Positions 1 to 9,616 of a stretch of 42,322 nucleotides of DNA are shown piece by piece (position 1 is the stretch's first letter; the number at the start of each line of letters is the position of its first letter). A program made the translations under genes and the position numbers. Source of the stretch: Armatimonadota bacterium. Lineage in GTDB: Bacteria; Armatimonadota; Zipacnadia; Zipacnadales; UBA5352. The notes beneath the pieces are model-generated. The model searched no databases. It was not told the DNA's origin and saw only the letters and a program-made list of their open reading frames with translations. The stretch lies in contig JAYENL010000003.1 in assembly GCA_034722055.1 (NCBI GenBank), positions 1 through 42,322 on the forward strand, in the 5' to 3' direction.

Positions 1-885
1 GGCCAGTATGCGGCCGGCGCCGCGCGAGAGCGCAAGCTGAATCCGGATCTCCTCGGCTCCTCCGACGTCCAGCGGCGCGTAGCCGACATGCAGCCGGAGG
101 GGCATGGGCTGGCGGAAGAACGTGCGCACCGGCAGCTCCGCCGTCAACTCGTACTCATCGTTAACGACGTCCGCCGGCAGGAAGCGCAGGATCAGGCGAT
201 CCACCCACGGACGGACCTGCGGCTCCTGGGTGCGCAGGGCCATCCAGTTCAGCAGCATCGCCGAGCCCTCGCCGAGCTCGCGCGCGACGACCGCCGGCAC
301 CGTGTGCGTGGCCTTCTCGTCCCAGGTCTGCCCGGCCAGCCGCGCCTCGCCGGTGCCCTGGAAGATCACCACGTCCGGGTCGATGCTCTCGGCGGTGAAG
401 GCGTTGCCGACGAAGGCTGGGGTGACCTGCGGGGGCTGGGTGTCCGCCAGCGGATGGTTCGGCTGCAGGCACTCGATCTCGAAGCCGCGCCCGTAGTGGC
501 AGGACCACTCTGCCTCCTCGCGGACGCCGAACATCCGCAGCAGGGCCCGGGACTCGGACTTCACCGGCCCATCCTCGCACAGCAGCCGGCCGCCCCCGCG
601 CACGTACTCCACCAGCGCGTCCCCGATCTCCTCGGAGACCACGTAGCTGTGCGCGGTCGCGATGGCGGCGACGCCCTCCCGCCGCTGCGGGTGCAGCACA
701 TCCGCGTCGCGGATCACCCGGTAGCGCACCTGCAGCTCCCCCAGCCGCTCCATGAGCTGCGCCTGGTCGGCGTTGGGATACTCCGCGCGGTTGTACTCGC
801 TGTCCAGCACGCCAACGACCTGGGCGTGGGCGGCGGCGCCGATTGTCAGCGTCAATGCAAGCACGCTGAACGCACTGCGAGCCAT
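1..885 (-). CDS. Secreted protein, N-terminal part only (runs off the window); possible class I glutamine-amidotransferase-like/trimerisation domain typical of glycoside hydrolases
   Basis: Not in the ORF track because no stop lies in the window. ATG at 885 follows AGGGGAG. Reads MARSAFSVLALTLTIGAAAHAQVVGVLD (signal peptide ending AHA-Q) and later LVEYVRGGGRLL; both ends read open by manual translation. Confidence 0.75.
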   Translation of the reverse strand, partial: MARSAFSVLALTLTIGAAAHAQVVGVLDSEYNRAEYPNADQAQLMERLGELQVRYRVIRDADVLHPQRREGVAAIATAHSYVVSEEIGDALVEYVRGGGRLLCEDGPVKSESRALLRMFGVREEAEWSCHYGRGFEIECLQPNHPLADTQPPQVTPAFVGNAFTAESIDPDVVIFQGTGEARLAGQTWDEKATHTVPAVVARELGEGSAMLLNWMALRTQEPQVRPWVDRLILRFLPADVVNDEYELTAELPVRTFFRQPMPLRLHVGYAPLDVGGAEEIRIQLALSRGAGRILA

Positions 886-1027
886 GGTGTCATCTCCCCT
901 TCCGGTCGGCGGGTTCCGTTTCGCCGTGGCGCGCAGCCATCCTCCAGTGGAGGTCACGAGACGCACGCCAGCGAAGCGCCGGACGTGCTGGGAGGCATTC
1001 GAGGCCGCGTAGAGGAGTGCATCTATC

Positions 1028-2050
1028 ATGGTGCAGGTCCCATCCTATCTCGCCGACTACGCCGAGATCTACGAGGACGATCCGCGCGCCGCGGCGCTGC
1101 AGTGGTTCCGGGAGGCCAAGTATGGGCTGTTCCTGCACTACGGGCTCTACTCGCTGGTGGGCCGGCACGAGTGGCTGCAGTTCCGCGAGAAGATCTACGT
1201 CGAGGAGTACGCCCGGCTGATGGATGACTTCAGGGCGGAGAGCTTCGACGCAGAGCTCATCGCCGACCTCGCGCTGGACTGCGAGATGCGCTACATCACC
1301 ATTACCACCCGCCACCACGACAGCTTCTGCCTCTTCGACACCGAGGAGACCGACTTCAACGCCGTCAACGCCCCCTGCGGGCGGGACCTGATCGAGGAGC
1401 TTGCGGACGCCTGCGCCGACCGGGGGCTGGGGCTGTGCCTTTACTACTCCCACGGCCGCGACTGGCGCCACCCCCACGCCCCCAACAACGACCGCTGGGG
1501 CGGGAATGCCCGCCCGGACTACGATCCGCCCGAGCCCACCTACGCCTACGGCGATGACCACGACCTTCAGATCTACGTTGAGTTCGTGCACAATCAGATC
1601 GACGAGCTGCTCACCGGCTACGGGCCGGTGGCGGCCATCTGGCTGGACGGCATTGCGGTGCCGCTGCAGGGCCCGGCCGAGGAGCTGCGCTGCCAGGAGC
1701 TGTACGACTTCATCCACTCCAGCCAGCCGCAGGTGCTCATCAGCTACAAGCAGGGCCTGCTGGGCACGGAGGACTTCTTCGCCCCCGAGCACGAGGCGGT
1801 GGAGACCGGCGGCAAGCCGGGCGAGATCTGCACCACCATGACGCCCGGCTCGTGGGGATACATGCGCGAGAAGGCCGGCCAGCACCTGACTGAGCAGCAG
1901 GTGTGGGAGAAGCTGCGCGCCGCGGGTGCGGCGGGCTATAACCTGCTGCTGAACACCGGGCCGCTGGGCGACGGCTCCATCGACTCGGAGGACATCCCGA
2001 CCCTCAGGCGGGTCGGCGAGCGGATCCGCAGCGAGGGATTCCCGGAGTAG
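1028..2050 (+). CDS. Alpha-L-fucosidase (GH29), no signal peptide
   Basis: WFREAKYGLFLHYG, TTRHHDSFCLF, CLYYS, IWLDG nucleophile motif, NLLLNTGP; RBS GAGGAG at 1012. Confidence 0.9.
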   Translation: MVQVPSYLADYAEIYEDDPRAAALQWFREAKYGLFLHYGLYSLVGRHEWLQFREKIYVEEYARLMDDFRAESFDAELIADLALDCEMRYITITTRHHDSFCLFDTEETDFNAVNAPCGRDLIEELADACADRGLGLCLYYSHGRDWRHPHAPNNDRWGGNARPDYDPPEPTYAYGDDHDLQIYVEFVHNQIDELLTGYGPVAAIWLDGIAVPLQGPAEELRCQELYDFIHSSQPQVLISYKQGLLGTEDFFAPEHEAVETGGKPGEICTTMTPGSWGYMREKAGQHLTEQQVWEKLRAAGAAGYNLLLNTGPLGDGSIDSEDIPTLRRVGERIRSEGFPE

Positions 2051-2505
2051 CCGCGGGCCGGCACCACGGGGTTCATCCATCTCTTCAGTGCGAGGAGGAA
2101 TCGCAGGGAGCGCGACGAATACACAAGCCACAGAGTTCGCCCTCGCGACGTCGCGAGGATGGCCACCGCCGTGTAGAGCGACGTGAATGCGAGCTGCTGA
2201 TTAGCCGTACAAGGTTTGAGACGGAGTCCCTCAGGGGCGGTCCGCCGCGGTCCTCCCCCTGCCGTGGCGGGCCGCGTCTCTTCTCATGAGAGGCGCCGCA
2301 GACTGCAAGGGACCGGCGGGGGAGGTGGCGAACAGGGAGGTAGCAAGGGGCCGCTGACCGAAGGCGCCTGTGGGGGACGGGCCGATCCTCAAGGGTGTCG
2401 GTGAGTCGATCCGAAGGACGATCTTGCGGGTAGGCCCCCCCGGAGGGGCATGGCGTCCACTGTGATGTACGCGGTGCCAACCTCCAGCTACAGAGAGGTC
2501 TGAGG

Positions 2506-3504
2506 ATGCACATCCAACGCGACGTCACGGACGAGGAGCGCGAGTTGCTCCGAGCGATGGCCGGTGACGCCGCCTCGCGAGACTCAGAGCGCAAGCGTGC
2601 TCGGGCTGTATTGAAATTCCTTGAGACAGGCGATACCTCGGCTGCAGCAGAGGCTGCCCGCCTGTCTGAGAGCACAGTGCGCAAGTGGGTTCGGCTCTTT
2701 GACGCAGAAGGTTGGCAGCGACTGCTGGCCGTGCACCAGCCGAGAGGCGGGGACTTCCTTGCGAGGTACGACCAAGGCTTCTGGGCCGAACGTCTTGCAG
2801 GAGGTTACCTCGACAGGAGCTGGGACTATCGGGCGGTGCCCTACGGTACGTCCCGCAGCGAACCGTTCACCGACATGGAGACATTCCGTGAGTATGCAGT
2901 CGGCGAATTCATGCTCCAAGCTTGGTCCGCTGACCAAAGGTGGAAACGGCCAGACCTCGTTACAATCCCGCGCTCTGTACTTCGACAAAGGGCGGGACAT
3001 GACGAGTGGATCCCCGACCTGATACACTGGGACAATGAGCGCTGCCAAGTCTACGTGTCGCAAGCCGCGGCCGCCATCGAGGTCGAGACGAGTCTGTGGA
3101 TGGTCGGGCGGGCGACCAAGCCACTGAGCTACACCGTGAAAGAGGAGGATATCGCGGCATTGCGCAACTGGGTTTCGGCAACGCACGTGCCGCTCTATAT
3201 CATGCAGGTCTTCTATGATGAGGCTCACGTGGTCGGATTCGCGCACTTGGAGGAACTCATAGGCGAGACCGTACCGGAAGGGGAACCCGTGGAGGCCGAG
3301 GTAGACGAAACAACGGGGAAAGCCACGTACATGGTTCCACTGGATGAGGGAGTACGCTTGGGCGCAATCCCCGAACCTGACGTTGAGGGGCGAGTATTCA
3401 AGGCCGAGAACGGCCGAGTCACCGTCTATGGCCGTCTCGTCGGCTCACAGATTATGGCGACCTCGCGGGATGTCCTTGAGCGTCTGGCTGCTGGAGAGCT
3501 ATAG
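2506..3504 (+). CDS. Type II restriction endonuclease, AccI family, with N-terminal HTH
   Basis: Ordered motifs QGFWAE, AVPYGTS, KRPDL, AIEVETS, TVKEEDI..W, VPLYIMQVFYD match R.AccI-like blocks (QGDWAE, KRPDL, GIEVRSS, PKVEDI, QVFFD). Residues ~1-80 look like an HTH. Adjacent to a methyltransferase gene. Confidence 0.85.
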   Translation: MHIQRDVTDEERELLRAMAGDAASRDSERKRARAVLKFLETGDTSAAAEAARLSESTVRKWVRLFDAEGWQRLLAVHQPRGGDFLARYDQGFWAERLAGGYLDRSWDYRAVPYGTSRSEPFTDMETFREYAVGEFMLQAWSADQRWKRPDLVTIPRSVLRQRAGHDEWIPDLIHWDNERCQVYVSQAAAAIEVETSLWMVGRATKPLSYTVKEEDIAALRNWVSATHVPLYIMQVFYDEAHVVGFAHLEELIGETVPEGEPVEAEVDETTGKATYMVPLDEGVRLGAIPEPDVEGRVFKAENGRVTVYGRLVGSQIMATSRDVLERLAAGEL

Positions 3505-3506
3505 GC

Positions 3507-5108
3507 ATGTGTGAAGCCAAGGCGTATGCTCGGCTGGACGAGCTCGAGCGCTGCCGGCAGGCGGAGCAGCGCGCTATTGAGCGCGCGATGCCTGAGGTGT
3601 ACCGGAGGCGGTGGGGGCAGTTCGCAACACCTCCTGGCTTGGCCACGGCGATACTCCGTACATGCAGGCAGGTCCTTGGGGAAGCCGGTCTCGTGCGTTT
3701 CCTGGATCCTGGGGGGGGCACCGGAGTGTTCTTCAGGGCATTGCTCGAGGTGTTCGGGCCGCGGCGGGTGAATAGCGCAGTCTCGTATGAGGTGCTTCCT
3801 GTAGTTGCCGCAGCAGCCCGGAGGCTATGGTCGGACCTTGGGTTGCAGGTCCGGTGCGAGGATTTCACGCGCGCTAGGCCGGAGTGCAACGGCCAGAAGC
3901 GCCCCAACCTCATCGTCTGTAATCCTCCGTATTCGCGTCACCATGGGTTGAGCAGGGAGACCAAGGTTCGTCTTGGGCGGAGGACAACCGAGTTGACTGG
4001 AGTCGAGGTCGATGGCCTCGCTGGTCTCCACGTCTACTTCATGCTACTCGCAGACCAATGGCTTGACGAGGGCGGCTTGGGCGCGTGGCTCATCCCGTCC
4101 GAGACGCTCGACGTTAACTACGGGGCGGCGATTCGTCGGTATCTCTCGTCACGCGTTTCACTCGTACGAATCCATCGCTTTCCACCAACCAGCGTCCAGT
4201 TCGACCAGGCGCTTGTCAGCTCTTGCGTTATCCTCTTCCGCAAGGAACGACCGCACCCCAGTGACATCGCGACGCTAACATGGGGAGCGGACCTCGAGGC
4301 GCCCGATCAGGTACATCGACTAAGCATTGACCAGCTATGTGGGGCGCCTAAGTGGGGAAAGCTGATGGCGACGTCACCCGAACTGGGCGCGCGCACAGCA
4401 GGTACCGGGGATCTGACCATCGGGGACCTCTTCCAGGTGCGTCGTGGCATCGCGACGGGTGCGAACCGGTTCTTCGTGCTCGAGAGGCAGCACGCGGCCG
4501 AACTGGAACTGCCCGCGGCCTTTCTGCGCCCAATCCTGCCGAGTCCCCGCTACATCGAGGCCGACGTGGTTGAGGCGGACGAGGAGCAGTGGCCTCTGGT
4601 TGAGCCCTCCCTTGCGCTACTCAATTGCGACTTGCCCCGCCGGCAAGTGGAACGAGACTACCCGTCACTCGAAGCCTATCTTGTCTCAGGCGAGCGGATG
4701 GGCCTCCACCAGCGATACCTTCTATCCCGGCGCAGCCCATGGTACCGTCAGGAGACCCGGCCGCCCGCGCCATTGCTCTGCACGTACATGGCGCGACGCA
4801 AGTTGGGGACGCGTACCTTCAGGTTCATTCGCAACCGTTCAGACGCGATCGCGCTGAACGTGTACCTGATGATGTACCCTAAGCGCGTCCTACAGGCTGC
4901 TGGGGCCTTTGAGGCCGGATTGCTTGACAGAGTACACGACGCACTTCGGCAGCTCTCGGACGCGGCATGCGTCCGTGAGGGCCGCGAGTACGGCGGTGGT
5001 CTGCACAAGCTCGAGCCTTCTGAGCTTTGCAGACTGCCAGTGCCTCTCGCTGACGAGGATCGCAGACTCCTGGCACGTGCAGACCAGCTTGTACTTCCCG
5101 GGCTCTAA
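3507..5108 (+). CDS. N6-adenine DNA methyltransferase, gamma class (SalI/XamI/Eco57I-like)
   Basis: GQFATP (motif X), FLDPGGGTG (motif I), NPPY (motif IV), RRGIATGANRFF, GREYGGGLHKLEPSEL; starts 2 nt after the nuclease stop. Confidence 0.93.
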   Translation: MCEAKAYARLDELERCRQAEQRAIERAMPEVYRRRWGQFATPPGLATAILRTCRQVLGEAGLVRFLDPGGGTGVFFRALLEVFGPRRVNSAVSYEVLPVVAAAARRLWSDLGLQVRCEDFTRARPECNGQKRPNLIVCNPPYSRHHGLSRETKVRLGRRTTELTGVEVDGLAGLHVYFMLLADQWLDEGGLGAWLIPSETLDVNYGAAIRRYLSSRVSLVRIHRFPPTSVQFDQALVSSCVILFRKERPHPSDIATLTWGADLEAPDQVHRLSIDQLCGAPKWGKLMATSPELGARTAGTGDLTIGDLFQVRRGIATGANRFFVLERQHAAELELPAAFLRPILPSPRYIEADVVEADEEQWPLVEPSLALLNCDLPRRQVERDYPSLEAYLVSGERMGLHQRYLLSRRSPWYRQETRPPAPLLCTYMARRKLGTRTFRFIRNRSDAIALNVYLMMYPKRVLQAAGAFEAGLLDRVHDALRQLSDAACVREGREYGGGLHKLEPSELCRLPVPLADEDRRLLARADQLVLPGL

Positions 5109-5149
5109 CGCGTCTACCAGCTCGAGCAGGCGGCGCTGCATCCACAGTC

Positions 5150-6421
5150 ATGTACTCCATCACGCCCCGCAACGTCTACGTCCACGAGAGCGTGCCGGGG
5201 AGCGCTGAGGCGCTGGCGCGGATGGAGAGGATGCTGGGCTGCATCCGGCCGGATGAGGAGCCCGTCGTCGATGACGAGGCGCTCGATGATATCTCGCGGC
5301 AGAAGCGCTGGGATCGCGTCACCAGGTGGCGGACCGGGCAGTATCACCGCACGCGGGACCCGGACATCATCCTCAGCACCTACGCCTGGCGGGACGCTCA
5401 GGCGCAGGCGGCCTTCGATGAGCGCTTCCCGCACCTGCGCTTCGCGAGGCTCAACGGCGCGGGCTTCGTAGGCTACCGCAATGGCGAGGCGCTGCTGGCG
5501 TCGCGCGGTGGCATCTGTCAAAACGCCTACGACCTGCACTCGGCGTGGGGCTGCCTGCACGCCTGCGACTACTGCAACATCGGCGAGTTCCTCATCATCC
5601 ACCTCAACCTCGAGGAGACGGTGGCGCGGCTGGATGACGTGCTGGCCGAGTACGCCTGGTGCCGGCTGTGGAAGTACGATAACCAGACCGACCAGATCAC
5701 CTTCGAGCCGGAGTACGGTGCCTCGGAGCTCATGGTGAGTTACTTCGCCGGACGCGAGGACGAGTACCTGCTGCTCTACACGAAGTCCGACAACGTGGAG
5801 CATCTGCTGGACCTGGACCACCGCGGCCACACCATCATCTCCTGGACGCTCTCGTGTGAGACCGCTGCCCGGGAGATCGAGAAGGGGACTCCGACCACGT
5901 CCGAGCGTATCGAGGCCATGCGCCGCTGCCAGGAGGCGGGCTACCATGTGCGCTGCCGCTTCTCGCCCATCATCCCCATTCGGGGGTGGCGCGAGGAGAA
6001 TGCGGCCATGGTCGAGGAGCTGCTGCCCGCGGTCCGCCCGGATGTCATCACCATGGACCTGCTGGCGCACCTGCCGGGCGAGAGGCTGGCGAAGTGCATT
6101 GACGTGGAGCTGCTGGACCCGCGGTGGCTGGCGGCGCACCGGGCGCTCTACGAGGGCCAGCATCCGGGCAAGCCATACTCCCCGCACGGCAAGCAGATCT
6201 TCCCGCACGAGCTGCGCGCGGAGCTGTACCGCTTCATGGTGGACCGCATCCGGGAGCGGGACGCCGAGGTGCCCATCTCATTCTGCGACGAGACGCCCGC
6301 CATCTGGGCGGAGTTCTCCCGCGCGGAGCTCGGCCACGGACCGGAGCGCTACGTCTGTACCTGCGGACCGGACTCGGTGCCGGGCAATCCGCTCCTGCGG
6401 ACGGTCGAGAGCCAGGCCTGA
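5150..6421 (+). CDS. Radical SAM protein, spore photoproduct lyase (SplB)-like
   Basis: WGCLHACDYC (CxxxCxxC), YTKSDNVEHLLDLDHRGHTIISWTL, EKGTPTTSERIEA, FSPII, C-terminal CxC. Confidence 0.8.
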   Translation: MYSITPRNVYVHESVPGSAEALARMERMLGCIRPDEEPVVDDEALDDISRQKRWDRVTRWRTGQYHRTRDPDIILSTYAWRDAQAQAAFDERFPHLRFARLNGAGFVGYRNGEALLASRGGICQNAYDLHSAWGCLHACDYCNIGEFLIIHLNLEETVARLDDVLAEYAWCRLWKYDNQTDQITFEPEYGASELMVSYFAGREDEYLLLYTKSDNVEHLLDLDHRGHTIISWTLSCETAAREIEKGTPTTSERIEAMRRCQEAGYHVRCRFSPIIPIRGWREENAAMVEELLPAVRPDVITMDLLAHLPGERLAKCIDVELLDPRWLAAHRALYEGQHPGKPYSPHGKQIFPHELRAELYRFMVDRIRERDAEVPISFCDETPAIWAEFSRAELGHGPERYVCTCGPDSVPGNPLLRTVESQA

Positions 6422-6431
6422 TCGGGCGGCG

Positions 6432-8480
6432 CTACAGGATCCACACCGCGACCTCGTTGGCGGCCAGGTCGAGCTCGATTGCGTCGCCGCCGGCTGGAGT
6501 GCCCGTGCCATCCAGATGGTGCAGCGTGCCATCGTCTGCGGCGCCGGGGGCAGTGAAGGCGCTGCGCTCGACGGCGACGCGCCCCCGCGCTGCAGTGCCG
6601 GGAGCTGCCGCGATGACCGCAGGGCCCTCCGGCGAGTCATAGCCCCAGGCCACGAGGCCCTCATCGCCGTCGATCTCCAGCCCCCGGCGGTCGATGAACC
6701 GGGCGTTGACGGTGCGGTCAGCGGTGCTCCTCCGCAGCGCCGCCAGCGCGCCCACCAGGTTCGCCAGCTCCGGCTCGTCCTCGACGGTGCCCTCCCCGCC
6801 GTGGACCATCAGGCACAGGTACATGCCTAATGCGAAGGCCAGGGCGGCGCGCTCCGGCTCGCTGTCCACCACCCACGCCAGCATGGTGTGCGGGATCCCG
6901 TAGCGAGTGGTCACGACGTCATCCGCGGCGGCGGGGTTCGAGATGCGCCAGGACATCCACATGTCCACCCACGGGGTGGCCAGGATGTCGCACTCCTCGC
7001 CGATCACGATCGCGGTGGGGTCGTTCGCCAACAGCTCCCGGCGAACGTCGGCGATGAGGCTCAGCGCCTCCCCGTGCGTTCGCTCCGGATTCCAGCCGTC
7101 CTCGAGGAAGCCGTAGTCCGGCCAGACCTCGAAGGGCTGATCGTAGAACATGGAGGTGTAGCCGATGTCCAGGTATCCGCGTGTGAGGCGCAGCACCCGC
7201 TCCCGGTGCGCCTCGGAGAAGGGGCTGTAGACCCAGCTTTCAGGGCCCAGGTAGGGCGTCTTGAGCCCTGCGTGGTGGTGCGAGCCCGAGAAGTTCTCGG
7301 TGCGCGCGGTACCGTCGTAGCGCCTCTGCACCTGCCCGCTGATTGCGCCATCGCGCAGAGCGCGCGTGGCCACGGGGTGCCGGAAGTTGATGAGCGCGCT
7401 GGTGCGCGTCCCGTGCGCCTCGGCCTGCCGCAGCCCCCGCGCCAGCAGCTCCCGCTCCTCGTCCCGGTAGTCCAGCAGGTCCAGGTCGGCCTGCTTCGCG
7501 TAGTTGCCCAGCGTCAGGGAATCCCAGACGCAGAGATGGTCCACGCCATATCTTCTGCCCGCCTCGGCGACCTGCGGGATCTGCTCCAGCGGCCGGATGG
7601 GCGAGCCGTCGAAGCCGCGGAAGAAGACGTTCTGGAAGCCGATCATCGACCGCAGATGGTGGCGGGAGGCATCGGGAGTGAACATGCCGCTGAACCACTC
7701 GCGGTAGCGATCCGCGGTCTCATGCCAGTCTCCGCCGTGAGCCGCGAGTCCGATGGGAGGCGACTGCCAGCGCTCGCCGGCGGGGATGACGGTCTGGTGG
7801 GCCCAGCCGAAGGCCAGCCGCATTCCCGGGCCGTAGCCGGCCAGATTCTCGAGGGCGAGAATGCAGTTGCGCGGCTCGGCCATGTAGCTGAGCAGCCCCA
7901 GGCCGCCGGTGGCGCCCGAGATGTCGAACCACGGCGCGTAGAGGCTCACCGGATAGGGCAGGCTGAGCCGCTGGTGGTTGCGAGCGTAGGTGTTGCCCGC
8001 CGGGCGGGGGAGGGAGTAGGGGTCGGCGAGGGTGCAGGCGCCGAACGCCATCTGGTCAGTGCCCGGTCCGTCAAGCCCCGTCCAGCATCCCAGCCACGGG
8101 AAGATGACCTGGTTGATCTCCCACTCCGAACGGTTCTGCAGCTCCAGCGCCAGGAGCAGCTCGTCGGTCCGCTCCGACGGTTCGATCCGAAGCTCGATCT
8201 GCACATCCAGCCGCCGGCCGTCCGCGGCCACAAGGTGGCTCCACCGCAGGACCGCGCCCCTGTCCCGCTCGTGAACCTCCGGCGGGGACTGATCGCCGCA
8301 GTCAGCGTAGCGCGACGACCAGCGCTCACCGGGCACCAGCAGGCGCACCAGGCCGACCGGTCCCGGATCGGGCTCGACCCTCGAGAGATGCGAGACCTCT
8401 CTTGCCCTGTCCTCGAGCTTCTCGAGGGCTCCGCTCCGTGGGTTGACGACCATGAGCGTCCGACCGCTGGCGATCTCCAC
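6432..8480 (-). CDS. Putative glycoside hydrolase (DUF6259-like: beta-sandwich plus TIM barrel)
   Basis: HGGDWHETADRYREW, MFYDQ, IVIGEECD. Start placed at GTG 8480; ATG 8453 is an alternative. Confidence 0.6.
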   Translation of the reverse strand: MEIASGRTLMVVNPRSGALEKLEDRAREVSHLSRVEPDPGPVGLVRLLVPGERWSSRYADCGDQSPPEVHERDRGAVLRWSHLVAADGRRLDVQIELRIEPSERTDELLLALELQNRSEWEINQVIFPWLGCWTGLDGPGTDQMAFGACTLADPYSLPRPAGNTYARNHQRLSLPYPVSLYAPWFDISGATGGLGLLSYMAEPRNCILALENLAGYGPGMRLAFGWAHQTVIPAGERWQSPPIGLAAHGGDWHETADRYREWFSGMFTPDASRHHLRSMIGFQNVFFRGFDGSPIRPLEQIPQVAEAGRRYGVDHLCVWDSLTLGNYAKQADLDLLDYRDEERELLARGLRQAEAHGTRTSALINFRHPVATRALRDGAISGQVQRRYDGTARTENFSGSHHHAGLKTPYLGPESWVYSPFSEAHRERVLRLTRGYLDIGYTSMFYDQPFEVWPDYGFLEDGWNPERTHGEALSLIADVRRELLANDPTAIVIGEECDILATPWVDMWMSWRISNPAAADDVVTTRYGIPHTMLAWVVDSEPERAALAFALGMYLCLMVHGGEGTVEDEPELANLVGALAALRRSTADRTVNARFIDRRGLEIDGDEGLVAWGYDSPEGPAVIAAAPGTAARGRVAVERSAFTAPGAADDGTLHHLDGTGTPAGGDAIELDLAANEVAVWIL

Positions 8481-8525
8481 TGCGCTGCCACCCCTCCCGG
8501 GAGTCAACTGGAACGGCGACGGCAG

Positions 8526-8555
8526 GGCGGGCTGGGCAGCCCGCCGCTCCGTACG
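8526..8555 (-). repeat. GGAG-footed REP-like hairpin
   Basis: Reverse complement GCCGTACGGAGCGGCGGGCTGCCCAGCCCGCC nearly matches 40519-40550. Confidence 0.7.
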
Positions 8556-8711
8556 GCAACGGCAGACGGCTCAACGTCACAGAGATCCGACGCGAAGCCT
8601 GGCTCGGCGGACACAGGCCACCATCTTCGCCCCTGCCGCTTCGCCGCGGCGGCCTTCCCCGGAAGTCGCCCGGCACCTCCTCACCTGTTACCTGGCGGCA
8701 ACTCGGGGGAC

Positions 8712-8965
8712 CGGGCGGGCGAGGGCGCCCGCCCCCCAGAGGGCCTGGGTGTGGGCCGGCGGGGGTCGCCACCGACCTGGGGAGAGGGACGCCGAGCAGG
8801 CCGGCGAGGGCCCTCGCCCCTGAGGTAGTGGGTGTGGCCGCGGCGGGGTCGGTGGTGGTCTGGGGAGAGGGGACGGCGAGCAGGTGAGCGAGGGGCCTGC
8901 CCCCAAAGGGAGTGAGTATGGTCGTGGAGGCGGTGGGTGGCGACCTGAGGAGAGGAGACGGCTGG
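8712..8965 (+). repeat. Degenerate G-rich tandem repeat, 3 units of ~84 bp
   Basis: GCGAGGG at 8719, 8804, 8888; CTG(G/A)GGAGAGG at 8777, 8860, 8945. Confidence 0.7.
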
Positions 8966-9040
8966 CGGGTCGGCGAAGCCGCCGGTGTCATGTGCGCATC
9001 ATTTCCACGGAGCCCCCGATCCGCGCCGGTGCCGCGGCGG

Positions 9041-9616
9041 ATGCGTGGGCGCGTGGCGATCGTCCTGCTGCTGGCGGCCGTGGGCATCGTTGCGGTTGGC
9101 GGGCTGACCATGCGCCTGGGGCCGCGGTGGCCGCGGCGGCTGCTGTTCCGCGGGCCGGCGGGGGTCGTGATCCACCACACCGCCACCGGGGCCAGGGTGG
9201 AGGGGCATGTGGTGGACGCCGACCGCATCGCCGCCTGGCACCAGAAGCGCGGCTTCAGCGCCGAGTACCGTGGCCGCGTCTACCACATCGGCTACCACTA
9301 CGTGATCCTGCCCGACGGCACCGTGCAGCGCGGCCGGCCCGACTGGATGCTGGGCGCTCACACCTACGGATACAACGACTACCTGGGCATCTGCCTGGTG
9401 GGCAACTTCGACTCCAGCGCCAACCCCGATCGCCGCCAGCAGCCGGCCGAGCCCACCGGGGTGCAGATGGAGGCCCTGCGCTCGCTGCTGCGGGAGCTGA
9501 TGACGAAGTATCGCCTCCGCCCCGAGGACATCCATGGGCACTGCGAGTTGGCGCCCACCGCCTGCCCGGGCGATCGCTTCCCCCTCCAGCGCCTGCGGAA
9601 GGAGCTTGGCGGATGA
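9041..9616 (+). CDS. N-acetylmuramoyl-L-alanine amidase (Amidase_2/PGRP-like) with N-terminal signal or anchor
   Basis: VVIHHT, IGYHYVILPDG, GAHT, GICLVGNF, HCELAPTACPG (His/His/Cys zinc ligands); hydrophobic N-terminus from ATG 9041. Confidence 0.9.
   Translation: MRGRVAIVLLLAAVGIVAVGGLTMRLGPRWPRRLLFRGPAGVVIHHTATGARVEGHVVDADRIAAWHQKRGFSAEYRGRVYHIGYHYVILPDGTVQRGRPDWMLGAHTYGYNDYLGICLVGNFDSSANPDRRQQPAEPTGVQMEALRSLLRELMTKYRLRPEDIHGHCELAPTACPGDRFPLQRLRKELGG

Noticed and set aside
2225..2345. HDV-like ribozyme (UCCUC loop, GGCGAA)
   Set aside because: The loop is too long and I could not build the nested P1/P2/P3 topology.
2506..2750. IS630 insertion sequence
   Set aside because: Only the HTH is present; I see no DDE domain, terminal IRs or TA duplication.
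9041..9616. Amidase as a prophage endolysin
   Set aside because: No holin, structural or integrase genes nearby; host-like codons and a signal or anchor sequence.
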